A stretch of DNA of 64,000 bases, from positions 4,847,308-4,911,307 of the forward strand of contig MU061578.1 of assembly GCA_013265495.1 (NCBI GenBank), written 5' to 3'. How positions within the stretch are numbered: the stretch's first letter is position 1; each line of letters opens with the position of its first letter. A model generated the notes under the pieces. It did not search any database, was not told the origin of the DNA, and was given only the letters and a program-made list of their open reading frames with translations. This DNA is from Vicugna vicugna (Eukaryota). Both the position numbers and the translations under genes were made by a program. Positions 49,841-63,850 of the stretch are shown one piece after another.

Positions 49841-52800
49841 CATCTTTATCTAGTCATCTGTGGATGGACATTTTGGTTGTTTCCATGTCTTGGCTATTGT
49901 AAATAATGCTGATGTGAACACTGTGGTGCATGTGTCTTTTTGAATTATGTTTTCCTCTGGGTATATGCCCAAGAGTGGGATTGCTGGATCATATAGTTTT
50001 TTTAAGGAACATCCATACTGTCCTCCATAGTGGCTGCACCAATTTACATTCCCACCAACAGTGTAGGAGGGTTCCTATTTCTCTACACCCCCTCCAACGT
50101 TTATCATTTGTGGACTTTTTAATGATGGCCATTCTGACTGGTGTAAAGTGATAGCTCATTGTAGGTTTGATTTGCATTTCTCTAACATCTCTCTTAGTGA
50201 TGTTGAGCATCTTTTCATGAGCATGTTGGCCATCTGGATGTCTTCTTTGAAGAGATGTCTATTCAGGTCTTCTGCCCAATTTTTGATTTTTTTTTTTAAA
50301 TTAAGCTGTATGGGCTATTTGTATATTCTGGAAGTTAGTCCCTTGTCAGTTGCATTATTTGCAATTATCTTCCCATTCTGTAGGTTGTCTTTGATTTGTT
50401 GATGGTATCCTTAGCTGTGCAAAAGCTTTTAAGTTTAATTAGATCCCATTTGTTTATTTTTGCTTTTATTTCCATTACTTTAGGAGCTGGTTCAAAAAAA
50501 TATTCTTGTGATTTATGCCTATGTTTCCCTCTAGGAGTTTTATAGTATCTGGCCTTACATTTAGGTCTTTCATCCATTTTAAGTTTATGTTTGCATATGG
50601 TGTTGGAGAATGTTCAGTCTTTTACTGGTAGCTTCCCAGGTTTCCCAGCACCACTTGTTGAAGAGATTGTCTTTTATCCATTGTATATTCTTGCCTCCTT
50701 TGTCATAGATTAATTGACCATAAGTTTGTGGTTTATTTCTGGACATTCTATCCTGTTCCATTGATCTGTGTGTCTGTTTTTGTGCCGGTACCATACTGTT
50801 TTGATTACTACAGCTTTGTAGTGTAGTCTGAAGAGAGCATGATTCCCCCAACTCCGTTCTCCTTTTTCAAGACTGTTTTGGCTATTTTTGGAGTACAGGT
50901 CCTTTGCCTCCTTGGGTAGGTTTATTCCTAGGTATTTTATTCTTTTTGGTGTGAAGGTAAACAATATTGTTTTCTTAATTTCTTTTTCTGCTACTTTGTT
51001 TTTAGCGTATAGAAATGCAACAGATTTCTGTATATTAATTTTGTATTCTGCAAATTTACCAAATTCATTGATGAGCTCTAGTAGTTTTCTGGTTGCTTCT
51101 TCAGGTTTGTCTATGTATAGTATTATGTCATCGATGAACAGTGACAGTTTTTCTTCTTTTTTAATTTGAATTCCCTTTACTTCTTTTTTTTTCCAATATC
51201 CATCATAGGGGACTATTTATTTATTTATTTATTTTCTCTATCCCTTTACTTTTTTAAAGTTTATTTATTTATGTATTTATTTTACAATACCATACTTGTA
51301 AAAATTGAAATATAGTTGATGTACAATATATGTTACAGGTGTACAATATAATGAATCACAATTTTTAAAGGTTATACTCCATTTACAGTTATTATAAAAT
51401 GTTGGCTATATTCCCATGGTGTAAAGTACATACTTGTAGCTTATTTTATACCTGATGATTTGTACCTCTTACTCCTCCACTTCCATCTTGCCCCTCCCCA
51501 TCCCCTCTCCCCACTGGTAACGACTAGTTCATTCTCTGCATCTGTGAGTCTGCTTCTTTTCTGTTATATTCACTAGTTTGTTGTATTTTTTTAGATTCCA
51601 CGTGTCAGTGATATCTTACAATATTTGTCTTTCTCTGTCTGACTTATTTCACTTAGCATAATGCCCACCAAGTCCATCCGTGCCGTACACCAGAAACTAA
51701 TATGACATTTTAAATCAACTGTACTTCAATTAAAAAGCAAACAAACAACAACCCATTTAAAATATGGGCAGAAGAACTGAACAGACAGTTTTCCAAAGGA
51801 AATGCTGATGGCCAATAGGAACATAAAAAGCTGCTCAGCATCACTAATATCAGGGAAATGCAAATCAAAATCACAATGAGACACCATCTCACACCTGTCA
51901 GAATGGCCGTCATCAAGAAGAACACAATAACAAACGTTGGCAAGGATGTGGAGAAAAGGGAACCCTTGTACACTGTTGGTGGGAATGTAAATTGGTGCAG
52001 CCACCGTGGAAAACAATATGGAGGTTTCTCAAAAACCCCAAAACAGAACCACCATATGGCCCAGCAGTTCCACTCCTGGGCATATACCTGAGAAAAACAA
52101 AAACACTAATTCAAAAAGATACATACACCCTGCTATTTATAGCAGCATTATTTATAATTGCCAAGACACGGAAGCATCTCAAGTGCACATCAATAGATGA
52201 ATGGATAAGTAAGATGTGAAAAATAATGTGACAATGAATATATGTATGTTCATGTATAACTGAAAAATTGCGCTCTACACTGGAAATTGACACAACATTG
52301 TAAACTGACTATAACTCCATAAAATAAAATTAAAAAAAATAAGATGTAGCATACACATGCAATGGAATACAACTCACCCATAAAAAGGAAGGATATTTTG
52401 CCATTTGTGGCCCTTCATTTGCTCTTTTTTTTCACTTCAAAAACCAGAATTTTATTATTGGCATAAACATTTCCATTGCATCAAAACAGCAAAATACATA
52501 GAAATAAACTTAACCAAGGAGGTTACTTATAGTCTGAAAACTGTAAAACATTGGTGAAGAAAATTAAAGATGATACAAAGAAACGGAACAATATATTGTG
52601 CTTTTGGATTGGAAGAATCAACATTATCAAAATGACCATACTACCCAAAGCAGTCTACAGATCCAATGCAACCCCTGTCAAAATAGTCATGACATTTTTC
52701 ACAGAACTAGAACAAACAATTCCAAAATTTATATGGAACCAGCAGAGACCCTGAATTGCCAAAACAGTCTTTTGTAGGTCTTTTTTTTCTCTTTCTTCAT

Positions 52801-55130
52801 TTTGTTCTCTTTTCTTGTGATTTGATGACTAGAGAAGTTCTTTTAAGATTTGTTGTAAAGCTGGCTGGTGGTGCTGAATTCTTTTAGCTCTTGTTTATCT
52901 GTGAAGCTTTTGATTTCTCCATCAAATCTGAACAAGAGCCTTGCTGGATAGATATTCTTGGTTGTAAGTTTTCCCCTTGCATCACTTTAAACATATCATG
53001 CCACGCCCTTCTGGCCTGTAGAGTTTCTGCTGAAAAATCAGCTGATAACCTTATGGGACTTCCCTTGTATGTTATTACTTGCTTTTCTTTTGCTGATTTT
53101 AATATTTTCTCCTTATCCTTAATTTTTGTCAATTTAAATACTATGTACCTTGATGTGTTCCTCTTTCGGTTAATCCTGTGTGGAACTCTCCTTCCTGGAC
53201 CTGGGTGACTGTTTCCTTTCCCAAGTAAGGGAAGTTTTTGGCTATTATCTCTGAATATTTTCTCAGGTCCTTCCTCTCCCTCTGTCTCTCTGGGACCTCT
53301 ATAATGTGAATATTAGTGTGCTTCGTGTTGTCCCAGAGCTCTCTTAAACTTTGCTCATTTTTTTCTTTTTTTTTCTTTTTTCTTTTTTCTGTTCTGTGGT
53401 AGTGATTTCCACTAATCTGTGTTCTAGTTCACTGATCCATTCTTCTGCCTCATTTAGTGTATTCTTGGTTTCTTCTAGTGTGTCATTCATTTCAGTGATT
53501 TTATTCTTCAACTCTGTTTGGGTATTCTTTATATTTTCTAATTCTTTGCTAAAAACTTCCCTCTGTGCATCTATACGTCTCCTGAGTTCTCTGGACATCT
53601 TTGCCATAATTACTCTAAACTTTTTCTCAGATAGACTGTCTGTCTCCTCATCACTTATTTCTTCTGGGATTTTTATCTTGTGCCTTGGCCTGAAAGATAT
53701 TCCTCTGCCACCTCTAATTGTCTAACTTTCTATTTGTATTTTTTTAACATATTTTTTATTGAGTTATAGTCGTTTTACAATGTTGTGTCAAATTCCAGTG
53801 TAGAACACAATTTTTCAGTTATACATGAACATACATATATTCATTGTCACATTTTCTTTCACTGTGAGCTACCACAAGATCCTGTATATATTTCCCTGTG
53901 CTACACAGTATAATCTTGTTTATCTATTCTGCATATGCCTGCTTTTAAGTGGGTTAGTTACATTTCTCAACCTTGGAGAAGTGACCCTCTGTGGAAACAT
54001 CCTATGGGTCCCAGTAGTACACTCCTCTCTTGTCATCCAAGGTTCCGGGTCCAGCTGGTCCCAGGGTAGAGTCTGGCCTGCGTTTGCGAATTCCTTCCAC
54101 AAGCTTTGGGATTGTTGTTTTCTTATGTCAGGTATCTGCCCCCCTGGTGGATGAGGCTAGACCAGAGGCTTATGCAGTTTTCCTGGCAGGAGGAGCTGGT
54201 GCCTGCCCACCGATGGGTGGAGCTTGGTCCTGGCCCTTTGCTGGGTAGGGATGTGCCTAGGGGCGCTGTCTAGAGGTGGCTCAGGGCTCAGGAAGTCTGC
54301 TGATGGGTGGGGCTGCATTCCCACCCAGTATGATGTTTGGCCTGAAGCTTCCCAGCACTTAAGCCTACAGGCTGTTGGGTGGGGCTAGGTCCAGGTTCAA
54401 ATGACTCAAGCAAGATGTTAGCCTACAGGAAAGCTCATGTAGATGAACACTCCCTGAAAGTCTGCCACCAGCTTTTATGTCCCCAGGGTGAGCCACATCC
54501 ACCACCTACCTCCCCAGGAGACCTTCCAAAACCAGCAGGCAGGTCTGGCTCAGGTTCCTGTGAAGTCACTGCCTCTGCCCTTGGACCAGGTGTGCACGAA
54601 ATTCTGTGCGCGCTTCCCAAGGGAGTGAAGTCTCTGCTTCCCTCAGTCCTGTGTTGCTCTTGGAGTTAAGCCCCAATGGCCTTCAAAACCGGATGTTCTG
54701 GAGTCTCCTCTCCTCCAAATGCCGGAACCCTGGCCTGGGGAGCCTGACATGGGGCTCAGAGCTCTCACTCCGTGCAAGGGCCTCTGCAACTTAATTATTC
54801 TTCAGCTTGTGGGTCACCCGCCCAGAGGGTATGGAGCCCAATTATAAGGGAAGCACACTCTTCCTACCGTCCCACTGAGATTCCCTCTTTATGTTTCCAG
54901 TTGAAGAGGATCTTTTTTGCTAGATTCCAGTCTTTTTTTTTTTTCTGATGGTTGTTTAGCAGTCAGTAATGGTTTTGTTGTAGTCATGAAGAGAGGCCAT
55001 ACATGCATTTTTTCAATAAATAGGCTACTATGGCACTACACTATCCCACTTTGGTTAAATTCATGGATGCAGAACATTAGATATAGAGGATTGACTATAA
55101 AGTTACAAGCTCACTTTGGATGTGGGGAGG
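49314..55130. mobile_element. Tigger2/MER8-like MITE split by a nested L1 complex (L1 on - strand, 49372-54998)
   Basis: cagcaggcccttgaacaacac start; MITE resumes at ~55014; 15-bp TSD atacatg(g/c)atttttt at 49357-49371 and 54999-55013; ORF1 remnants 52880-53700 and 5'UTR to 54998. Confidence 0.75.
49793..49838. repeat. (ATCT)n microsatellite
   Basis: About 11 tetranucleotide units inside an L1. Confidence 0.95.
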
Positions 55131-55689
55131 GAGTAGAGATCAGCACTGTAATTATTTTAGACCACAGATTGAGTCCCAACACTTCCCTCTCTCCTTCTCC
55201 CCAGTCTCTGTGATGCTTTCAGATAGGAATCTTACCTTATTCTTCATCAAGAAAATAAAAACCACCTAACAAGAACTCTGTTTTATCCCTATCACAAACC
55301 TACAAACCTGCTTGCTTCCACACTCATTTTTCTCTTTCTTCCATCTTTTTACAGCTGAGAATATGGTCATTTTCCTATCAAAGACTCATCCTTCAACACC
55401 AGCTCAAGATCCCAGCCACCTCACCTTGTCAAGAGTTCACTTCTTTGATTATTTCCTCTTTCATCTACATCACAAGCTTCTCTCTCTTTGGATCATTTCC
55501 ATGAACATATTAGCAAGCTCTGGAGAAACACCCTCTTGAGCCTGCCTCTCTTTCCAGCCACCACTCAATGCTCTGCAACCCTGCACAGCCCAACTCCTCT
55601 AAAAATGTGCTAAGCATGTTGCCTGCTTTATCTCATCACCCATGCATTTCTCAGTCTACTTCACAGTGGCTTTTACACCCTTCCATCCA

Positions 55690-58600
55690 AAATGGAAAAA
55701 TGTCTATTCAGGTCTTCTTCCATTTTTAAATCAGGTTGTTTGTTTGTTTGTTTGACATTGAGTTGTATGAGCTGTTTATATATTTTGGTTATTAACCTCT
55801 TATCAGTCATATCAGTTACAAATATTTTCTTCCATTCAGTATGTTGTCTTTTTGTTTTGTTGATGGCTTTCTTCGCTGTGCAAACCTTTTGAGTTTAATT
55901 AGGTACCATTTGTTTATTTTTACTTCTGTTTCCCTTGCCTTATGAGACAGATCCAAAAAAATAGTGCTGATTTATGTCAAAGAGTGTTCTGAATATGTTC
56001 TCTTCTGTTCTAGGGATTTTATGGTTTCCAGCCATACAGTTAGGTATTTAATCTATTTTGAGTTTATTTTTGTATATGGTGTGAGAAAATGTTCTAATTT
56101 CTTTCTTTAACTTGTAGCTGTCCTATGTTCCTAGCACCACTCAGTTAAGAGCCTGTTTTTCCCTATTATGTATTCTTGCTTCCTTTGTTGTAGATTAATT
56201 GACCATAACTGTGTGGGTTTATTTCTGGGCTCTCTGTTCTATTCTGTTGGTCCACGTGTCTGTTTTTGTGCCGGTACCAAACTATTTTGATTTCTGTACT
56301 TTTGTTTGAAATCTCCAAGCTCTGTTATTCTTTCTCAAGATTGATTTGGCTATTTGGGGTCTTCTGGGTTTCCATACAGATTTTAAAATTATTTGTTCTA
56401 GTTCCGTGAAAAATGCCATTGGTTATTGATAGGGATTGCATTGAATCTGTACATAGCCTTGGGTAGCATGGTCATTTAAAGAATAATGATTCTTCCAATC
56501 CATGGACATTGTTTATCTTTCCATCTGTTTGTGTTGTCTTCAATTTCTTTCATCAGTGTCATAGTTTTCCAAGTACAGGTCTTTACCTCCTTAATTAGAT
56601 TTGTTCCTAGGTATTGTATTCTTTTTGATGTGATGGTAATTTGGGTTGTTTTCTTAATTTCTCTTTCTGATGATTTGTTGTTAGAGTATAGAACCACAAC
56701 AGATTTCTGTATGTTAATTTGTATCCTGCAACTTTACCAAATTCATTAATGAGCTCTGGTAGTTTTTTGGTGGCATATTGAGGATTTTCTTTTTATAATA
56801 TTATGTCATCTGCAAACAGAGTTTTACTTATTCCTTTCCAGTTTGGATTCCTTTATTTCTTTTTCTTGTCTGATTGCTGTGGGTAGTACTTCCAATACTA
56901 TGTTGAGTGCAAGTGGCAAGAGAGGGCATCCTTGGCTTATTGCTGATCTTGGAGAAAATGCTTTCAGCTTTCCACCATTGAGTATGATGTTAGGTGTGGG
57001 CTTACCATAGATGGCCTTAATTATGTTGAGGAATGTTCCCTCTTATACCCACTTTGTGGAGAGTTTTAATCATAAATGGTTATTGAACTTTATTAAAAAG
57101 CTTTTTCTGCATCTATTAAGACGATCATATGATTTTTATTCTTCAGGTTGTTAATGTGGTGTATCACATTGATTGATTTGCGAACATTGAGCCATCCTTG
57201 CATCCTTGGAATAAATTCTGCTTGATCATGGTGTACGATCCTTTTAATGTATTGCTGAATTTGGTTTGCTAATATTTTGTTGAGGATTTTTGCATCTGTG
57301 TTCATCAGTTATATTGGCCTGTAATTTTCTTTTTTGTGTGTGTGGTATCTTTGTTTGGTTTTGGTATCAAGGTGACACTGACTTCATAGAATGAATTGAA
57401 AGCATTCCTTCCTCTGCAATTTTTTGCAATATTTTGAAAAGGATAGGTGATAACTCTTCTCTAAGTGTTTGGTAAAATTTACCTGTGAAGCCATCTAGTC
57501 CTGGACTTTTCTTTGTTGGAAGTTTTTTATTACTGATTCAGTTTTATTACTAGCTGTTGCTTTGTTCATATTTTCTATTTCTTCCTGGCTCAGTCTTGGG
57601 AGATACAGTTCTATGAATTTGTCCATTTCTTCTAGGTTTTTCCTGTTATTGCTGTATAATTTTTCAACGTAATCTCTTATGATCCTTTATTTTTCTGTGG
57701 TATCAGTTGTAACTTCTCCATTTTCATTTCTGATTTCATTGATTTGCCCTTCCTTTTTTATTGAGGAGTCTGGCTAAAGGTTTACCAATTTTGTTTATCT
57801 TTTCAAAGAACCCACTCTTACTTTCATTGACCTTTTCTATTTTTTCTTAGTCCTCATTTCGTTTATTTCTGCTCTCATATTTATGGTTTATTTCCTTCTA
57901 CTAACTTTAGGTCTTGTTTGTTCTTCTTCTGGTTCCTTCAGGTATAAGTTTAGGTTGTTAATTTGAGATTTTTCTTATTTCCTGAGATAGGCTTGTGCCA
58001 CTGTAAACTTCTCTCAGAATTGCTTATGCTGCATCACATAGATTTTGGATTATTGTGTTTTTATTTTCATTTGTCTCCAGGTATTTCTTAATTTCTTCTT
58101 TGATTTCTTTGGTGACCCATTTGGTTGCTTAGTACCATACTGTTTAGCTTCTACGTGGTTGTGTTTTTTTGCGTTTTTTTGTTCTTGTAGTTGATTTCTA
58201 GTCACATAGAGTTTTGGTCAGAAAATATGGGTTTTATTTTAACATTTTTTATTGAGTTATAGTCATTTTACAATGTTGTGTCAATTTCCAGTGTAGAGTA
58301 CAATTTTTTAGTTATACATGAACATACATATATTCATTGTTGCATTTTTTTTCACTGTGAGCTACCACAAAATCTTGTGTATATTTCCCTGGGCTATACA
58401 GTATGAAAATATGGTTGATATGATTCCAGTTTTCTTAGACTTGCTGAGACGTGTTTTGTGGCCTAGCATGTGACCTATCTTGGAGAATGTTCTCTATATA
58501 TGTATGATTATTTCAAGTTTTCTGGTCTCTTATGTTTGAATGTACTTTAACAACACTGCAATTTTACTACCACCCTCCCCAATGTTTGCTGTTTTTGACA

Positions 58601-59900
58601 GCATATTTTACATCTTTTTGTTTTGTGTATTCCTTAACTACCTATTGCGAACATAGGTGATTATACTACTTTTGTCTTTTAACCTTCCTAATAGCTTTGT
58701 ACCTGTAATTACTGTGTATTTGCCTTTACCAGTGAGATTTTTTATTTCATAATTTTTGTATTTCTACTTATGGCCTTTCCTTTTTGCTTAGAGAAGTCCG
58801 TTTAATATCTCTTGTAAAGCTAATTTTGTAATGCTGGACTCTTAGCTTTTTGTCTGTAAATCTTTTGATCTCTTCATCAAACTGAATGAAAGCCTTGCTG
58901 AGTAGAGTTTTCTTGGTTGAAGGTTTTTCCCTTTCTTTGTTTTAAATATCTTGTGCTGCTCCCTTCTGGCTTGCAGAGGTTCTGCTGAAAAGTCAACTGA
59001 TAGCCTTAAGGGAGTTCCCTTGTATATAACTTGTTGCTTTTCCTTGCTGCTTTTAATATTCTCTCTTTATCTTTAATTTTGCCTTTTTAACTACAATGTG
59101 TCTTGATGTCGTCCTCTTTGAGTTGGTCCTGCTTGGGACTCTCTGTGCTTCCTGGATGTAAATATCTGTTTTGTTTCCTAGGTTAGGGAAGTTTTCAGTG
59201 TTTATGTCTTCAAACACGTTCTCTGCTCCTTTCTCTCTTCTCTAGCTGGGACCCATATAATATAACTGTTAGTGCACTTGATATTGTACAAGAGGTCTCT
59301 TAAACTTCCTCATCTTTAAAAATTCTTCTTTCTGTTCAGCTTGAATGATTTCCATTACTCTGTCTTCCAGTTCATTGATCCATTTCTCTGTATCATTTAA
59401 TCTACTGTTGGTTCCTTCTAGTGTATTTTTTATTTCAGCTATTGTATTCTTCATCTCTGTTTGGTTCTTCTTTATATTTTCTAACTTCTTGCTAAACTTC
59501 TCACTGTTTTCATACATATTTTTCCTGTGTTCTTTGAGCATCTTTAGGATCATTACCTTGAACTCTTTATCAGATATTGACTTCACTTAGTTCTGTTTCT
59601 AGAGTTTTATCTTGTTCCTTCATTTGGAATATATTCCTCTGTCACTTCATTTTGCCTAATTCTAGCTGTTTATATCTTTATGTATTTGATAGATTGGTTC
59701 CATTTCCTCATCTCAGAGAAGTGGCCTTATCTAGGGGACATCACAACCTATGCATCCCAGCAGCGCACTCCCCTCTGGTCACCAGAGCTATATGTTTTAT
59801 GGGTGCTTCCTATGTGGGGTATGCGTGTTCTTCTGTTGTGGTGGTCTGAGTGCTGTGGGCAGTCTAGTAGGTGTGGCTGGCTCCCAGTACAGTTGGTTGC
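55690..59900 (-). mobile_element. Long degraded L1 (ORF2 RT region, ORF1, partial 5'UTR) with a nested young L1 3' end at 58231-58404
   Basis: [29 protein letters not shown] and ORF1 coiled-coil remnants; nested copy has TSD gaaaatatgg. Confidence 0.85.
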
Positions 59901-60312
59901 TGATCTCTCAGGGAAGTTACTTAACCTCTCAGCACTGTCGTCAAAGAGCTATTAAGAGGATTCCAGAGTTAATACGTGGAAAGGGGCTTATAATAGCCCC
60001 TGACATTTAGTAAGCACTTTAAAATAGTATTATTCCTTTTTACGCAAAAAAAGAGATGAATTAATACTTACTTTGCATCTTCAGTGTGCTAGGTGTGTCT
60101 TTGATTTATCTTTATAGAAAGTTTTTGAAGTAAATGCTATTACCCTCATTGTTCAAGTTCAGAGTTGTGAAACTAGAGAGGGACAGAATTGACATTTGAG
60201 CATATACCTTCTTGACTCCATAGCCCATGCTTTTTCCTCTGTAGAAAGCCAAGGGTGATAATGAGGGATTCACTTTCCACCTTTGAGAAATGAAACTGTT
60301 CTTCCCTTACAG

Positions 60313-60411
60313 GTTTGAATCTCTATTTACAGACTTGGAACTGAGGCAGGAAGAGCTGGGCATTGCCAACTTTGGGGTCTCTGTCACCATTATGGAAGAA
60401 ATCTTCATTTG
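60313..60411 (+). pseudogene. ABCA17: Coding exon 16 ([32 protein letters not shown])
   Basis: ttacag acceptor, 99 nt, gtaaac donor; ABCA post-NBD1 motif. Confidence 0.9.
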
Positions 60412-60899
60412 GTAAACAAGTACAAAACTATAGACTCCAAAAATCTTAGAGTTGGAAGGGTCATCTATCTAAACATTGCCCAGTACTTGAATCCTTTTTG
60501 TAACATCCTCACTGAATGGTCTTCCAACCTGTTACTGGTACTTCCAATGACAGACATATTGGTTAATGTAGAAAATGTTGAATGTAGTATCATTCAACAA
60601 ATGTAATTTTAACAGAACTTTCTAGGAATGAAAAACCAAAAAGACATGGTATCAGTTGGTATGCTTTTGACTATAAGTAACAGATAATCCTAACTCAGCT
60701 GGTTTAAACAATTGGGAAGTCCTGCTGTTTCATTTTAAAAAGATTTCCCAAGGTAGGATAGCTCTGGGATTGGCTGATTCATCCACCAAGTTCTTTGAGT
60801 GTCATGAAGCAGGGATACTGGCTCAATGCTAGGAAGGCTTTGAGACTACATTCCAGGTAAACTACCCAGGAGACCACACTAGGCCAGAAAGTGGCAAGG

Positions 60900-63360
60900 G
60901 GAATAGTTAAGTGTTATTTTATCCAATTTGGTAATATTTGTCTTTTAAATAGAATATGTAAGCTATTTATGAGTATTACTTATGATATATTTAAGTTTAT
61001 ATCTATCATGTTATTTTATATTTTCTACTAGTGCTGCTTAGTCTGTATGGCTCATTCTCTCCCTATTTTGGATTATTTTATCTCATTCTGTATTCTTCTC
61101 CTTCTCCCATACTAGTCAGAAATTATGTATTCTTATTGTATTTTTTTAGTGGTAAGCCTAAATATTGAGATACACATGTGTAATTTATCCAAATCTCAGG
61201 TGAATTAATATCTTTACTTTGCTCCTGGAAAATACTAAGCCCCTGGAACATTTTAATTTTATTCACACACATCCCACCCTCACCAACTTATACACTGTTG
61301 TTTTATATTTTAATTCTGATTTTAACTCCACAGAACATTATTATTGTTGTTTTTAGAAGACAATGGTTGTTTAAGTTCATGTACATATTTACCTCTTTCT
61401 GTGTTCTTTCCTCATGTTTATCAGATAACTTTCCTTCTGCCTGCAGTGTATTCTGTACCATGTCCGTTACTGTTTTTATGCTGGTGCCAAACACTCTTGG
61501 TTTTTTTGGTCTGGAAATAATTTTATTTCTGTATGATTTTTGAAGGATATTTTCCTTTTCCATTCTTTTGTATTCAATGTTACTGTGGCCATATATTTTA
61601 GATGTATTTCTTATAAACAGTGTATAGCTGTAATTTCAAAAAACATTAATTTTTCTATCTTTAGCTTTTAAGTAGAAGCTTTGGTCCTTTACAACTAATA
61701 AAAATTCTAATTCATCTGGTTTTAAATCTACCATGTTGCTCAGTGTTTTCTATTTATCCTACCAATTCCACATTCTTTTTTATTTCCTGTTTAGCCTTTT
61801 GGATTGATTTAGTGAGGTTTTTTAACTTTATATTTTCTCCTCTATTAGTTTAAAATTTGTAATTTTTTTCTCTTCTCTTAGTGGTTGTCCTAAGATCACA
61901 ATGTGCATTTTTAACTTATTAAAGTTTACAATAAACTACATTTACTGTATTCTAGGCAATGAAAGGTACATACCTGACTTAAATTCCATTTATTCCACTT
62001 ACAGAGTTATGTGCTATTGGTCCAACTATTTCAATTTTGTATATGTTTCAAACCCATAATACTTTATTGTGCAACAAATATTCATTTATATTTCTCACAT
62101 ATTTGCCCTTTGCATTGTTCTTAATTCCTATTTCTTCATTCACCCTCAAGCTTCCATCTAAGACCATTTTCTTTCTGCCTGAACAATATCCATTTCCTTT
62201 AGTGTGGATTTTCTAGTGATAAAGTGTCAGTTTTTATGTGCCATATTTTTGGCATTCATTTTTGAAGAACATTTTTCCTAGATACAGAATTTTAGGTTGG
62301 CAGAGGTTTTTTTTTTTAACACTTCTGCAGTGCAATTCTATTGTCTTCTTTTTAAAACAGATTTATTGATGTATAATTTACATACTGTAGCAATAGTAAT
62401 TAAATCATACCAGAAAATTTGATGACTTTTAATAAATTTAGAGTTGTGTGACCATAACCAAAATCCAATATTAGAACATTTTCATCACTCTGAAAAGATT
62501 TTTCATGTTTACTTGCAAACATTCCTTGTTCCCATCTCTAGCTCAAGGCAACCGGTAGTCTACTTTCTGTCTTTATATATTCACCAATTCTGACCATTTC
62601 ATAAGAAGAGATAAATTGGGAGTTTGAAACCTGTATCTCTTGGGGATAGATGGGATTGTTAGGTATCTTGATTGTGGTGATGGTTCCACAGGTGTATACA
62701 TCTATCAAAATGCTTCAAATTGTACATCTGAAACACATGTAATTTACTGTACAGAAATTATACCACAATCAAGTTGGGTTTTTTTTTTAATGGAATCATT
62801 TGGATTTATACGTAGAAAATCATACAATATGTATTTATTGTGTCTTGCTTCTTTCCCTTAGAATAATTTTTTGGAGGTTCATTCATGTTGTAGCATGTAC
62901 AGTACTTTGTTCTTTTTATTGCTGAATAGTACTCCGTTATATAGAGAGGTTGTTTTTTGCTTATCCATTCCATTCTATTGTCTTCTGACTTCCAGTATGT
63001 CCACTGAGATGTCAGCTGCCAGCATTATTGTTATTTTTAAATGCAATTTGTCCTTTACCTCTGGCTGCTTTAGTATTGTTTTTCTTAGGTTTTATTATTA
63101 TCTTTTTTATTATTGTTTATCTTAGGTTTTCAGCATTTTTACAGTGATCAGTGATGTGCCTTTGTGTGGCTTTCTTTATGTTTCTCTGCTTAGGATTTTT
63201 ACCACTTTTCACATTGTAGTTTGCTAGTTTGGTCAGTTTTGGAAAATTCTCAACCAGTCTCTCTTCAGATTTATCCTCTCTTTCCATTCTTCCTGGGACT
63301 ACTATTTATACATGATTTTTACCTTTCACATGTCTCATCCATTATACTTATTTTTTGTGT
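60900..63360 (-). mobile_element. Ancient L1M fragments
   Basis: T-rich antisense L1 remnants; boundaries approximate. Confidence 0.55.
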
Positions 63361-63367
63361 GTGACTT

Positions 63368-63850
63368 GTATTCATTATATGTTGCTACATAACAAATGAC
63401 CCTAAAATTTAGCAGCCTTGAAACAACAAACATTTATTACCTCACAGTTTCTGTGGATCAGGAGTCCAGGAGCAAGTAGATGGGTCATTCTGGCTGAGTG
63501 TCTCTTGCAAGGTGGTTGTAGTCAAGCTGTGAGCCAGGGCTGTAGCCTCTGAAGGCTCAGCTTGGGGAGGATCCACTGCCAAGTTCACTCCTATTGTTGT
63601 TGGCTGGCCTCAGTTCCTCACCACGTAAGACTCTTCCCAGATTGCTGGAGTGGCTCTGTGATATGGCAACTGGCTTCCTGATAGAGAATGATCAGAGAAA
63701 GAGATAAAGAGAGAGAACATGACTAAGGTGGAAGCTATAGTCGATTTGTAACCTAATCTTGGAAGTGTCATTTTATCACTTTTGCCATATTCTGTTCATT
63801 AGAAGTTAGTCACTAGGTCCAGCTCATAATCAAGGGGAGGAGATTAACAC
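63368..63850 (-). mobile_element. MaLR LTR (MLT1F/H-like)
   Basis: gttgctacataacaaatgaccctaaaatttagcagc...cagtttctgtggatcaggagtcc motifs. Confidence 0.7.

Larger units (their letters stand above)
7815..60411 (+). pseudogene. ABCA17: ABCA3-like ABC transporter pseudogene, best match ABCA17; 5' half, 16 coding exons in window, likely continuing beyond the right edge
   Basis: Spliced exons translate to MTMFRNLKLILWKNFILK-KRKTLITVLE...YIPSKSETLK...GYSKEGFLAIQHA...GHNGSGKT (Walker A)...LSGGM (signature)...LMLDEPT (Walker B)...TTHFMD (H-loop). Exon sizes and phases (54,117,174,144,130,155,156,211,151,99) follow the ABCA3 structure as I recall it. The extracellular-domain sequence resembles rodent Abca17 more than ABCA3 (from memory). 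Multiple disabling lesions. Confidence 0.88.

Noticed and set aside
7815..60411. Calling the gene ABCA3 itself
   Set aside because: The extracellular and TM regions diverge strongly from ABCA3 and resemble Abca17. ABCA3 is required for lung surfactant and would not be expected to carry this many lesions
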